52,250 nucleotides of DNA from Acidimicrobiia bacterium (GTDB lineage: Bacteria; Actinomycetota; Acidimicrobiia; Spongiisociales; ZC4RG35). Position 1 is the first letter of the stretch. Each line of letters starts with the position of its first letter. Location: NCBI GenBank assembly GCA_035250485.1, contig DATFFB010000016.1:1-52250 (forward strand). Reading direction: 5' to 3'. Positions 18,903 through 28,470 of this stretch are shown piece by piece. The notes under the pieces are model-generated. The model ran no database searches, had not been told where the DNA came from, and saw only the letters and a program-made list of their open reading frames with translations. The position numbers were made by a program, and so were the translations under genes.

Positions 18903-19793
18903 TTGGCGAGCGCTGAACTTCGTGACACGCGCAGGCGAATTCGCAGCGTCCAGGCGACGCAGAAGATCACCCGCGCCATGGAGCTGATTGCCGCTTCGCG
19001 GATCCCGAAAGCCAGCGCCCGGGTTCTGGCATCGAAGCCGTACACCGCCAAGCTGATCGAGGTGATTCAAAACCTGGGAGTGGCCCGGGCCGGAAGCGAT
19101 CACCTGCTTCTCGCCCAGAGAGAAGTGAAGCGGGCGGGCGTCCTGGTCGTTTCCTCAGACCGGGGCCTGGCTGGCGCTTATTCCTCGACGATCATCCGCA
19201 TGGCCGAGCAGCGCATCATCGACCTGCGCCGGGACGGCAAGGACATCCGCATCTTTGCCGTCGGCAAGAAAGCGCAGGGTTATTACCGCTATCGCGGTTA
19301 CCGCCTCGAGCGCTCTTTCCTCGGCGTCACCGATACGCCTGGCTATGGAGATGCTCGGGCGATTGCCGATGCCGTCATGGGATCCTTTGCCTCCGGTGAC
19401 ATCGACGCGGTGGAGGCGTTCTATACGAGGTTCCAGTCGGCGATGACTCAGGTACCGACGCGTTACGACCTGCTCCCGATCGAGCCCCCGGAGGGGGCGC
19501 CGGTGACGAGTGCCTCTTACGAGTACGAGCCGGCGCCCGATGAGATCCTCGATCGATTGCTTCCCCGGTATGTCGAGGCGATAGTCTTCAACATGCTGCT
19601 CGAAGCCTCGGCTTCAGAGCATTCGGCCCGGAGGCGGGCGATGAAGGCAGCCACCGACAACGCCGACGAGTTGATCCGGATCCTGACCGTCTCGGCCAAC
19701 CGGGCGAGGCAGGCTGAGATCACGACCGAGATCTCCGAGATCGTGGGCGGGGCAGAGGCCCAGGCGGCTTCGCGCGCTCGAATTGCCAGATAG
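18903..19793 (+). CDS. atpG: F0F1 ATP synthase subunit gamma
   Basis: IRSVQATQKITRAMELIAASR N-terminus and ITTEISEIVGGAEA C-terminus. TTG start. Confidence 0.96.
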   Translation: MASAELRDTRRRIRSVQATQKITRAMELIAASRIPKASARVLASKPYTAKLIEVIQNLGVARAGSDHLLLAQREVKRAGVLVVSSDRGLAGAYSSTIIRMAEQRIIDLRRDGKDIRIFAVGKKAQGYYRYRGYRLERSFLGVTDTPGYGDARAIADAVMGSFASGDIDAVEAFYTRFQSAMTQVPTRYDLLPIEPPEGAPVTSASYEYEPAPDEILDRLLPRYVEAIVFNMLLEASASEHSARRRAMKAATDNADELIRILTVSANRARQAEITTEISEIVGGAEAQAASRARIAR

Positions 19794-21223
<1,430 letters not shown>

Positions 21224-21224
<1 letters not shown>

Positions 21225-21544
21225 TGGCCAAGCCCTTCCGCGTCGACGTCGTTTCACCCGAGGCCACGGTGTGGACGGGAGAGGCGAATTTCGTTCTCGC
21301 CCGCACTCCCGATGGTGAGATAGGCATCCTCGCCGACCACGAGCCATTGCTGGCGTCGCTGGTCACCTCGGCGGTGGAAGTGGAAGGGGTCGACGGCAGT
21401 AGGACCATCATCGGAGTCCATGGGGGCTTTCTCCAGGTGCTCGCCAATCAGGTGACCTTGCTCACCGATCGGGCGCAGATCACTCAGGGGACCAAGGAGG
21501 ATGCGGTGCGAGTGGCGACGGAGTTGTCGGAAGAAGCGACCTAG
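21224..21544 (+). CDS. atpC: F0F1 ATP synthase subunit epsilon
   Basis: 106 aa. VDVVSPE...GEIGILADHEPLL. The ATG overlaps the atpD stop (TGATG). It is embedded in a spurious 481-aa listed ORF. Confidence 0.93.
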
Positions 21545-21607
21545 TCCGGGTTCCAGGGCCGGATGTGAACTCCGGCACGCCGGCCACTCAGGGTTGTGCG
21601 TGGTGGG

Positions 21608-22558
21608 TTATCTGACATGCGTGCCCGCCCAGTCGCCAAGTAGGTCGAGGTAGCCGGGAACGAAGGTGCCACCGCTTTGTTGCACACGATGGTTTCCTCC
21701 GGGAAAGACCACCACCGCAGAATCTTGATTCCCCGCTTGTTGTAAGGCGACACCGGTGTCCTCTGCGCTTTGCCACGCGGGTAGGAGCACATCCTGGCCT
21801 CCAAAAACGGCGAGGTAGGGGCATCGAATCTGTTTGAGGGCTTCGAGTGGTTCATAACCCTCGGTGACGAATCTGGATACGAGCCTCCAGTCATCTTCGT
21901 CGTCGACTGTCAAATAGCCGTACCATGGCTGGACTCTCGCTGGTTCAAGAAGGCGAGTTTGGACGTCCTGGAAGGAGAGTCCTTGCCTGGCTGCTTCATG
22001 GATGTCGGCCACCAACCCAAGGGCGAGATCGATGTCAGCCTCAGGGTGTCCATCGGCTCGCATCGAGTGTTCACACCCGTACAGGTCCTGGGATGGAAGA
22101 TCTATGGAGGGACCTGAGTTGGCGATTGCGAACGGCAGGGCATAAAGCCGAGCGGCCAGCATCTGTACCAGCCATCCACCCTGACTGTGCCCCCACACGC
22201 CAATGGAGTCAGTCTTCACCATTGGGTGTTGACGAAGAGAGGTCAGGGCCGCAATCACCTGGTCGGCGCGGTCGTTCAGACCGTGGTCCCGCCAATCACC
22301 CGAAGAGTCCCCACAACCTGGCTTGTCGAAAGCGAATGTGCCGATTCCCCTGGCCAAGAAAGCTTCCCGGATAGGAGGGAAGTAGCCATCGGCCGACCGG
22401 TCTGATGCTCCGGAACCCTGAAGCATCACCACAATTGGATGAGGGGGATTCGAATCAGGCGAGTGGAGCGTCCCCACCAGTGTCAGGCCCATCCAATCGA
22501 AGCAAAAGGTCTCCTCAACCATCCCAACTGACGCTAGACGCGCGACTGCCGTGCACAT
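21608..22558 (-). CDS. Alpha/beta hydrolase
   Basis: Nucleophile elbow GVWGHSQGGW (G-x-S-x-G), oxyanion-type VVMLQGSG, C-terminal GGNHRV (candidate catalytic His). Start could be Met13 (22522). Confidence 0.8.
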   Translation of the reverse strand: MCTAVARLASVGMVEETFCFDWMGLTLVGTLHSPDSNPPHPIVVMLQGSGASDRSADGYFPPIREAFLARGIGTFAFDKPGCGDSSGDWRDHGLNDRADQVIAALTSLRQHPMVKTDSIGVWGHSQGGWLVQMLAARLYALPFAIANSGPSIDLPSQDLYGCEHSMRADGHPEADIDLALGLVADIHEAARQGLSFQDVQTRLLEPARVQPWYGYLTVDDEDDWRLVSRFVTEGYEPLEALKQIRCPYLAVFGGQDVLLPAWQSAEDTGVALQQAGNQDSAVVVFPGGNHRVQQSGGTFVPGYLDLLGDWAGTHVR

Positions 22559-22636
22559 CGATGCGCTTCTCGCTCGCCGGGTGAGTCTGGATCTTGACCT
22601 CAGATCACACCTTCCTACTTGCCGCAGAGCGGCAAA

Positions 22637-22876
22637 TCAGAAAATGGGAATTACGACGCAGGCTGGAGGATCACAGGTAAGGGCGGTTGGCTCGGCCTCG
22701 AAATGCGGTGCCAGCGCCATGTCGACGACAACCACCACCAGCAGGGAAATCGCGAAAACCAGAAGGTCGGCCAAGCGCGGGGGGCCAGGGCGGAAGGCGT
22801 CGAGATCGTCGGTGGCTTTCTTGGCCGCGAGAACACCGGCGATGAGCATCAATCCGGATCCGACGACAAAGCCCAA
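22637..22876 (-). CDS. Hypothetical small membrane protein (two predicted TM helices)
   Basis: 79-aa ORF with a TTG start preceded by a GGGAGG SD (5-nt spacing). GC-rich third positions over most codons. Two hydrophobic stretches. No recognisable family. Confidence 0.5.
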   Translation of the reverse strand: MGFVVGSGLMLIAGVLAAKKATDDLDAFRPGPPRLADLLVFAISLLVVVVVDMALAPHFEAEPTALTCDPPACVVIPIF

Positions 22877-22932
22877 CCAAGCCTCCCTTTGACCGAATGT
22901 ACCCCATTTCGAGCGCCTACAAAACGGATTGA

Positions 22933-24567
22933 TCAGGCGACGGTGACGATGACGGTGGCCGTATCGCAGCTTCCGCTTGCAGTGCAGATTCGGTAGGTAA
23001 AGGTGACGGTGCCGGCGAAGTCAGCGTCAGCTGAATAATGGATTCTGCCGCTGCCCTTCACTTCGGCACTTCCAGACAACGGGCCCTGCACCAATTGCAG
23101 CGTCGATCGATCGTAAGTGCCCGAGTCGTTGTCGAGCACGCCGATGTTGATCTTTTCGCTCGGCCTGGTGGCCGCCTGATCGTCATTGGCCACCACCGCT
23201 CCCGCGGCTGTGGTGGTGGTGGAGGCGACGGTAGTTGTGGTTGTTGGGGTGGTCACGGTGGTCGAGGGCGTGGTGGCGACCGAAGTGGTTGTCGGTGGCG
23301 GCGGTGAAGCCGTGGTTGTCGGTGCGGCTGTGGTCGAGGTCGTCACAGAAGTGGTCGGCGGGGAGGCCCCGGGTCCCTGCGCGGTTGGGCCTCCGGTACC
23401 GGCTCCTGCGCCTTCATCTCCGGAGTCGAGATCCACGGTGTGATTTACCGGCGGACCCAGTTGATCCGGGATGAGGGCGAGGCCAGAGACCGGGAACAAC
23501 CCTGAACCGGCGGCAATGGTGACGGCACCGGCCGTGACCACCGTCGCGACGTCCCTACCCAGCGCTTGCAGCGGTCGAATGAACGGGAGGTCCGCCAGAC
23601 CTCCGAGCGGGCCGGTGATCCAGCGGAGCCTGCCAATCGACAGCTCCATCAACGCTCTGACCACTCGCGGGTCGAATTGGGTGCCGGAGTTCTGTGCCAC
23701 CTCGGCTCGGGCTTCGGAGTGGGAGAGCCGCTGCTGGTAGGAGCGTCCGCTGACCATCACGTCGTACGCATCGGCCACTGACACGATCCGCGCTCCGAGC
23801 GAGATGTCGGTTCCCGCCAGTCCGGCCGGGTACCCGGAGCCATCCCATCGCTCATGATGATGTTCGATTGTCAGCGCCCATGGTCCGAGCCAATCACGAA
23901 TCGGGGAGATGAGGCGCATCCCTTCCACTGGATGCTGTTTGATCGTGGCGAATTCGTCCTCGGTCAACCGACTGGGCTTGTTGAGGATCTCCGCCGGCAC
24001 CGAGAGCTTGCCGATGTCGTGCAGGAGCGCCGCCCAGCGAAGCTTGTCGCGATCGTCCGATGGAAGTGCCATTTCGGTGGCCAGTAGGTCGGTGTATGCC
24101 CGGGTGCGCTCGGCGTGACCCCGGGTTCGTCGGTCGTGTTGGGAGATGGCCGCCACCAGGGCCAGGATCACCTCAGTCGCTTCCGCCAGGTCAGCCTGGC
24201 CTTCCTGAGTCGCCTGCTCTAGCCGCCGCTTGAGCTGGGCGACGTTTCCGGAGCGGAGGGCGACGCCAAAGCGCGAGGGCGTCCGGTCCGGGAAAGCCAG
24301 GCTCAGGTTCAACAGCACCGAGAGCGGGAGGAGCCGGCGGCTGACCCGATCGGTGAGATGCGATGCCAACGTGGCTGCTCCGATCACCGCTCCCCACCAT
24401 CCAACGACTCCCGAGACGCCTATCGGCGGCTCGAGAAGGGACCCAACCGTGCGAGCAGCCAGAAATCCCACCGCCAGGGGCGCCAGAAAGGCGACGGCCC
24501 GGACCCCGAAAGCGGCTAGGCGACGCGGCCGCCAGCGCTCCCCGGGCGCGTTTGAATCAAGGGTCAT
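22933..24567 (-). CDS. Membrane-anchored HD-GYP domain protein with C-terminal Thr/Pro-rich linker and cadherin/Ig-like domain
   Basis: HDIGK plus HHERWDGSGYP (HD-GYP). Two N-terminal hydrophobic helices and a third after the catalytic domain. About 70-aa T/P/S-rich tract. C-terminal VANDD...VLDNDSG...GTVTFTYRI...ATVIVTV pattern typical of cadherin-like/bacterial Ig domains. Confidence 0.85.
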   Translation of the reverse strand: MTLDSNAPGERWRPRRLAAFGVRAVAFLAPLAVGFLAARTVGSLLEPPIGVSGVVGWWGAVIGAATLASHLTDRVSRRLLPLSVLLNLSLAFPDRTPSRFGVALRSGNVAQLKRRLEQATQEGQADLAEATEVILALVAAISQHDRRTRGHAERTRAYTDLLATEMALPSDDRDKLRWAALLHDIGKLSVPAEILNKPSRLTEDEFATIKQHPVEGMRLISPIRDWLGPWALTIEHHHERWDGSGYPAGLAGTDISLGARIVSVADAYDVMVSGRSYQQRLSHSEARAEVAQNSGTQFDPRVVRALMELSIGRLRWITGPLGGLADLPFIRPLQALGRDVATVVTAGAVTIAAGSGLFPVSGLALIPDQLGPPVNHTVDLDSGDEGAGAGTGGPTAQGPGASPPTTSVTTSTTAAPTTTASPPPPTTTSVATTPSTTVTTPTTTTTVASTTTTAAGAVVANDDQAATRPSEKINIGVLDNDSGTYDRSTLQLVQGPLSGSAEVKGSGRIHYSADADFAGTVTFTYRICTASGSCDTATVIVTVA

Positions 24568-24612
24568 CCTGCAATGAATATCGGTCGGAAACGGCCGGCT
24601 TTGAGCCGCTAG

Positions 24613-25050
24613 CTAACGGTTCAGCGAATTCACGAACGCCGCGGCGGCGTCGTCGAAGCCTCCGGCCACTCCCTTCACGACCACCGGAAAGAGCATCGAG
24701 GAGAAAAGGCCCGTGCTGGCTATCGAGAGCGACAACTCCACCCAGGTGGCGCCACCAGCCGGCTTGAGCTGCACCGAAATCTCTCCCATCACTTGAGTCG
24801 AGGCGATCTCCATCACCATTTGCTTCTCTCGGATGGCAACGCTTCTGGTGGCGGTTCCTTGATACTCAGAACCTCCCACGATGATCACGAAGCGATAACC
24901 GAGCAGCTCTCCGTTCTGGTCGAATCGCTCTTCGCTCAGGCGCTCAACGCCACCGATTTGAGCCCAGGTCGACGGCTGCTGCAACTGCTTCCAAACATGT
25001 TCGATGTTGTTGGAGGCGCGCGCCCGATGGGAGAATCGTGCGCTCGCCAT
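24613..25050 (-). CDS. SRPBCC (START/polyketide-cyclase-like) family protein
   Basis: About 145 aa with beta-rich alternation and the typical N-terminal 'HVWKQLQQPSTW' segment. Start trimmed to Met32 of the listed ORF (alternative 25083). Confidence 0.6.
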   Translation of the reverse strand: MASARFSHRARASNNIEHVWKQLQQPSTWAQIGGVERLSEERFDQNGELLGYRFVIIVGGSEYQGTATRSVAIREKQMVMEIASTQVMGEISVQLKPAGGATWVELSLSIASTGLFSSMLFPVVVKGVAGGFDDAAAAFVNSLNR

Positions 25051-25095
25051 CGGGTCACGATAATTCGAGGCCGCTCGAGTCATTACGCTGGGTTC

Positions 25096-25647
25096 GTGAC
25101 CCTCAGCGCTACTGACTTCCTTCGAGTAGCACTCGATCCTCACCGATTGGCCGTGTTGGGATTAGCCGCCTCCGGTCCCCTCGACATCGATGATGCCGCG
25201 TATCGATTGTCGATCACAGTCGGCCAGGTGCGGAGAGCAGTCAGCCGTCTCGTCGAAGCCGGTTTGCTCGATTCGAATCTGGCATTGAACCGGCAAGCCC
25301 TCCGGGATCTGGCCGAGACACTCCCCGCCGACGAAGCAGTATCACCTTTGGTGCTCGAGGGGCCGTGGTCTCAGGAAGAGAAAGACATCCTGGGTCGTTT
25401 TTTCGTCGGCACCCGGCTTAGTGAAATTCCGGCTCCGCATGCTCGGAGACGGGTCATCCTGGAAAGGTTGGCGCAGGAGTTCGAGGTGGGATTGCGGTAT
25501 TCGGAGAAGGAAGTGAACTCCCTTCTGCAAACGTTTCACCCCGATTACGCCGCCCTGCGAAGGTTCATGGTGGACGAGGGATTCCTGTCTCGGGCCGACG
25601 GCAGCTACTGGCGGAGTGGGGGCAGGGTCGAGGTAGACATTGCCTGA
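25096..25647 (+). CDS. DUF2087 domain protein with N-terminal winged-HTH-like segment
   Basis: C-terminal RYSEKEVNSLLQTFHPDYAALRRFMVDEGFLSR...YWRSG matches DUF2087. N-terminal LDPHRLAVLGL...VGQVRRAVSRLVEAGLL is HTH-like. The listed ORF start (24793) runs antisense through the SRPBCC gene. GTG 25096 is my best guess for the start. Confidence 0.7.
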   Translation: MTLSATDFLRVALDPHRLAVLGLAASGPLDIDDAAYRLSITVGQVRRAVSRLVEAGLLDSNLALNRQALRDLAETLPADEAVSPLVLEGPWSQEEKDILGRFFVGTRLSEIPAPHARRRVILERLAQEFEVGLRYSEKEVNSLLQTFHPDYAALRRFMVDEGFLSRADGSYWRSGGRVEVDIA

Positions 25648-25663
25648 TCTGCGGTCGCTCCAG

Positions 25664-26299
25664 ATGACGACCGAGCTCTTCGACTACATCGTCTCCCACA
25701 GCAGCACCGACCCCATTTACCGCCAGATCCACGAAGACACGCTGCGCTCGGCAGGATCCCAGGCGGGGATGCAAATCGGTGAGGATCAGTTCGCTTTGCT
25801 AACGCTTCTCACCCGCTTGGTGGGCGCTCACTTCGCCATCGAGGTCGGAACCTTTACCGGCACGTCCGCCGCTGCCATCGCCAAGGGCCTGGTTCCTGGC
25901 GGAAGGCTCCTCTGCTGCGACATCTCGGAGGAGTGGACCTCGGTCGCCCGCCGCCATTGGGAGGAAGCGGGCCTCTCGGACCGCATCGAAGTTCGCATCG
26001 CTCCCGCCATGGAGACGATCTCAGCCCTGCCGGCGGAGCCGCCTGCGGACCTGGTGTTCCTCGACGCCGACAAGGGGGGTTATGTCGATTACTACGAGGC
26101 CCTGATTCCGAAGGTGCGCTCCGGTGGCCTCCTGATAGCTGACAACACTCTGTGGAGTGGCAACGTTGTCGACCCCAGCATCAGCGACCAAAACATCGAT
26201 GGGATCCGGCGGTTTAACGATCGAGTGGCAGCCGACGCCCGCTGCGATGTCGCCATGCTGGCGATCGGCGATGGCGTCACTCTCTGCCTGAAGCGGTAG
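25664..26299 (+). CDS. Class I SAM-dependent O-methyltransferase (cation-dependent, caffeoyl-CoA OMT-like family 3)
   Basis: IEVGTFTGTSAAAIA SAM motif, FLDADKGGY metal/substrate motif, LLIADNTLWSG. ATG 25664 is preferred over TTG 25640. Confidence 0.88.
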   Translation: MTTELFDYIVSHSSTDPIYRQIHEDTLRSAGSQAGMQIGEDQFALLTLLTRLVGAHFAIEVGTFTGTSAAAIAKGLVPGGRLLCCDISEEWTSVARRHWEEAGLSDRIEVRIAPAMETISALPAEPPADLVFLDADKGGYVDYYEALIPKVRSGGLLIADNTLWSGNVVDPSISDQNIDGIRRFNDRVAADARCDVAMLAIGDGVTLCLKR

Positions 26300-26310
26300 G
26301 GTCCGGATCC

Positions 26311-26778
26311 ATGGCAGATATCGATTCTTGGTTGAAGCGCATCGACGCGGTCGAGCGACGTCTGGCGGCGCAGGTCGATCGTTCGGGGGGCACGACGGGG
26401 GCCGACGAAAGAACCGGGGAGACGTGGGAACGGGGACAGGTCTGGGGTCATCTGGCGGAGTTCATCGCCTTCTGGACCGAGCAGGTCGGGGACGTCATCG
26501 ATGATTATCAAGGCGAGCCGGTGGCATATGGACGCAAGGGCGACAACTCCGCCCGCAATGCCGCCATCGAGAGCGGATTGGAGGTGCCCATTGCGACCCT
26601 TTGGGAGGAAGTCAAGCTCGATCTGGCCGAGCTCCGGAAATTTCTGCTAGCGCTGCCCGAAGACTGGTCGTCGGCGGTTGGAAATCGGGATGGCCAAGAA
26701 CTAAGCGCCGAGGACATCATCGAGCGAACGATTGTCGCCCATCTCGAGGAGCACGCCGCCCAACTCGAAGCGATCTAA
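26311..26778 (+). CDS. DinB-family (DinB_2 / MDMPI_N-like) protein
   Basis: 155 aa, helical, with conserved His positions (WGHLAEF ... HLEEHAAQL) typical of the DinB four-helix-bundle metal triad. Confidence 0.65.
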   Translation: MADIDSWLKRIDAVERRLAAQVDRSGGTTGADERTGETWERGQVWGHLAEFIAFWTEQVGDVIDDYQGEPVAYGRKGDNSARNAAIESGLEVPIATLWEEVKLDLAELRKFLLALPEDWSSAVGNRDGQELSAEDIIERTIVAHLEEHAAQLEAI

Positions 26779-27623
26779 TGCCCGGTCTGCTCTGTTTCCA
26801 CGCCCATCCCGACGACGAGGTCATCGGCACCGGGGGAATTCTCGCCCGCTACTCGCAAGCGGGCGAGCAGGTGGTAGTGGTGACTGCCACCGATGGTGCG
26901 GAAGGCGAGATCCATAACTACGAGGATCCCGACTCGATCAAGGATCGTTTGAGCGATGTGCGGGCCACAGAAATTCGGGATGCCCTCGCTCTCCTTGGGG
27001 TCAAGCACCACGAGTTCTTGGGATATCGCGACTCGGGAATGATGGGAACCGAAGCCAATCAACACGAAAATGCCTTTTGGAACGCGGATCTCTTCGAAGC
27101 CACGGGGAGGTTGGTGCGGCTCATTCGCCGCTATCAGCCCGAGGTGATGACGATCTATGACCCTTTTGGCAGCTACGGCCACCCCGATCACATCCAGGTC
27201 CATCGTGTCGGTCTGGCGGCCTTCTTCGGGTGTCGCGACTTGGGTTGGTACCCGCTCGAGGAGGGGGAGGAGCCGTGGGAGCCCCGCAAGCTCTACTGGG
27301 GAGCCTGGAGCCGCGGACGGATGAAGGCGTACTCGCAGTACTTCGAGGAGGCGGAGGAGGCAGATCCCGGAGCCCGGGCGTGGTGGGAAAACCGTGGAAT
27401 CCCCGACAGTGAGATCTCGGCCACGATTGACGTGAGTGATTTCGCCAACCTCAAGATCGAGGCACTCAAGGCTCATCGCAGCCAGATCCCCGCCGACTGG
27501 ATGATGCTGCGCGTGCCCGCGGAGGCGCGCTCAGAGGTCTTCGGCAACGAGCATTTTCAGCGGATCTTTTCAACCGTCGAGAGCCCATTGCCGGAGAGCG
27601 ATCTCTTCGCCGGGCTCAGGTGA
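26778..27623 (+). CDS. PIG-L/LmbE family deacetylase (MshB/Mca-like)
   Basis: HAHPDDEVIG and GHPDHIQVH zinc-site motifs. The ATG overlaps the upstream TAA (TAATG). Confidence 0.88.
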   Translation: MPGLLCFHAHPDDEVIGTGGILARYSQAGEQVVVVTATDGAEGEIHNYEDPDSIKDRLSDVRATEIRDALALLGVKHHEFLGYRDSGMMGTEANQHENAFWNADLFEATGRLVRLIRRYQPEVMTIYDPFGSYGHPDHIQVHRVGLAAFFGCRDLGWYPLEEGEEPWEPRKLYWGAWSRGRMKAYSQYFEEAEEADPGARAWWENRGIPDSEISATIDVSDFANLKIEALKAHRSQIPADWMMLRVPAEARSEVFGNEHFQRIFSTVESPLPESDLFAGLR

Positions 27624-28459
27624 GCGCGGCCGATAGCTGGCGGCAACAGCTCGAAGACTGGAAGATTCCTGATGCCCTTCTGGCGGCGGTCGAGGAGTCG
27701 CCGTACGGCTGGTCTCAGAAGCTGTGGAAACGGCGGGCAGCCCGAGCCGTCGAGCTTGACAGGAGTTCGCCCACCCTCGACTTAGTCAGAGACTTGGCAG
27801 ACGGAGGGTCGGTTCTCGATGTCGGTGCCGGGACCGGTCGGGCCTCCCTCCCCCTCGTTCGGGACGGCTATCGCGTGACGATGGTCGAGCCCAATCAAGC
27901 CATGCGCGCCGGGCTTGCCGAACTCAAGGCCGAATACGAATTTGAGGTTGTAGAGGGGCGATGGCCCGCGGTGGCAGGCGAGGTGGAGCTACACGCCGTC
28001 GCCCTTTCCGCTCACGTCGTTTACGACGTGGCCGAAGTCGCCCCATTTCTCGAGGCTCTCGACCAGACCTCCACGAGAGGGGTGGTGCTGGAAATGACGC
28101 CCGCCCATCCCTGGGTCAACCTTGGTCCTCTCTACCGAGAGCTCCACGGTCTCGATCGCCCTCTCGGCCCGACGGTCGATGACCTGGCTGCCGTCGTCAG
28201 GGAAGCGGTGGGGACCGAGCCGGTAATTCATCGTTGGAGCCGGCCCACCGACATGGTGTTCGACACCGTCGAGGAGGCGATCGAGTTCACTGCCCAGCGG
28301 CTGGTCCTCCCTCCTGGTAGGTGGCCAGAGCTCGAAGAGCGGTTGCTGCCCCGGCTGACGGGAAGGGCGGGGCACTGGCAGATCGAACCGACCGAACGCG
28401 AGCTGTGCACGCTTTGGTGGCGGTCTAATTCTCCTCAGGGCGGGGCAAGGTCGGAATAG
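27620..28459 (+). CDS. Class I SAM-dependent methyltransferase
   Basis: VLDVGAGTGRASLPL motif I. GTG start with a 4-nt overlap (GTGA) with the deacetylase. Confidence 0.8.
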   Translation: MSAADSWRQQLEDWKIPDALLAAVEESPYGWSQKLWKRRAARAVELDRSSPTLDLVRDLADGGSVLDVGAGTGRASLPLVRDGYRVTMVEPNQAMRAGLAELKAEYEFEVVEGRWPAVAGEVELHAVALSAHVVYDVAEVAPFLEALDQTSTRGVVLEMTPAHPWVNLGPLYRELHGLDRPLGPTVDDLAAVVREAVGTEPVIHRWSRPTDMVFDTVEEAIEFTAQRLVLPPGRWPELEERLLPRLTGRAGHWQIEPTERELCTLWWRSNSPQGGARSE

Positions 28460-28470
28460 CCTTCCCCAAC

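Noticed and set aside
21608-22558. Lower G+C in the alpha/beta hydrolase gene as evidence of horizontal transfer
   Set aside because: This rests on a single hand count (56 G+C in 21901-22000 versus 64 in 13201-13300). That is too little to claim a compositional island. It needs a sliding-window GC/GC3 and codon-usage calculation.
23170-23400. Repetitive GGT/GTG-rich DNA considered as a tandem repeat or CRISPR-like array
   Set aside because: It has no regular repeat-spacer periodicity. It is the coding sequence (minus strand) of the Thr/Pro-rich linker of the HD-GYP protein.
24793-25095. N-terminal 101 codons of the listed 284-aa ORF (DUF2087 protein)
   Set aside because: This part runs antisense through the SRPBCC gene and looks non-protein-like. 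The HTH-like segment begins only after about 25096. The start remains uncertain.
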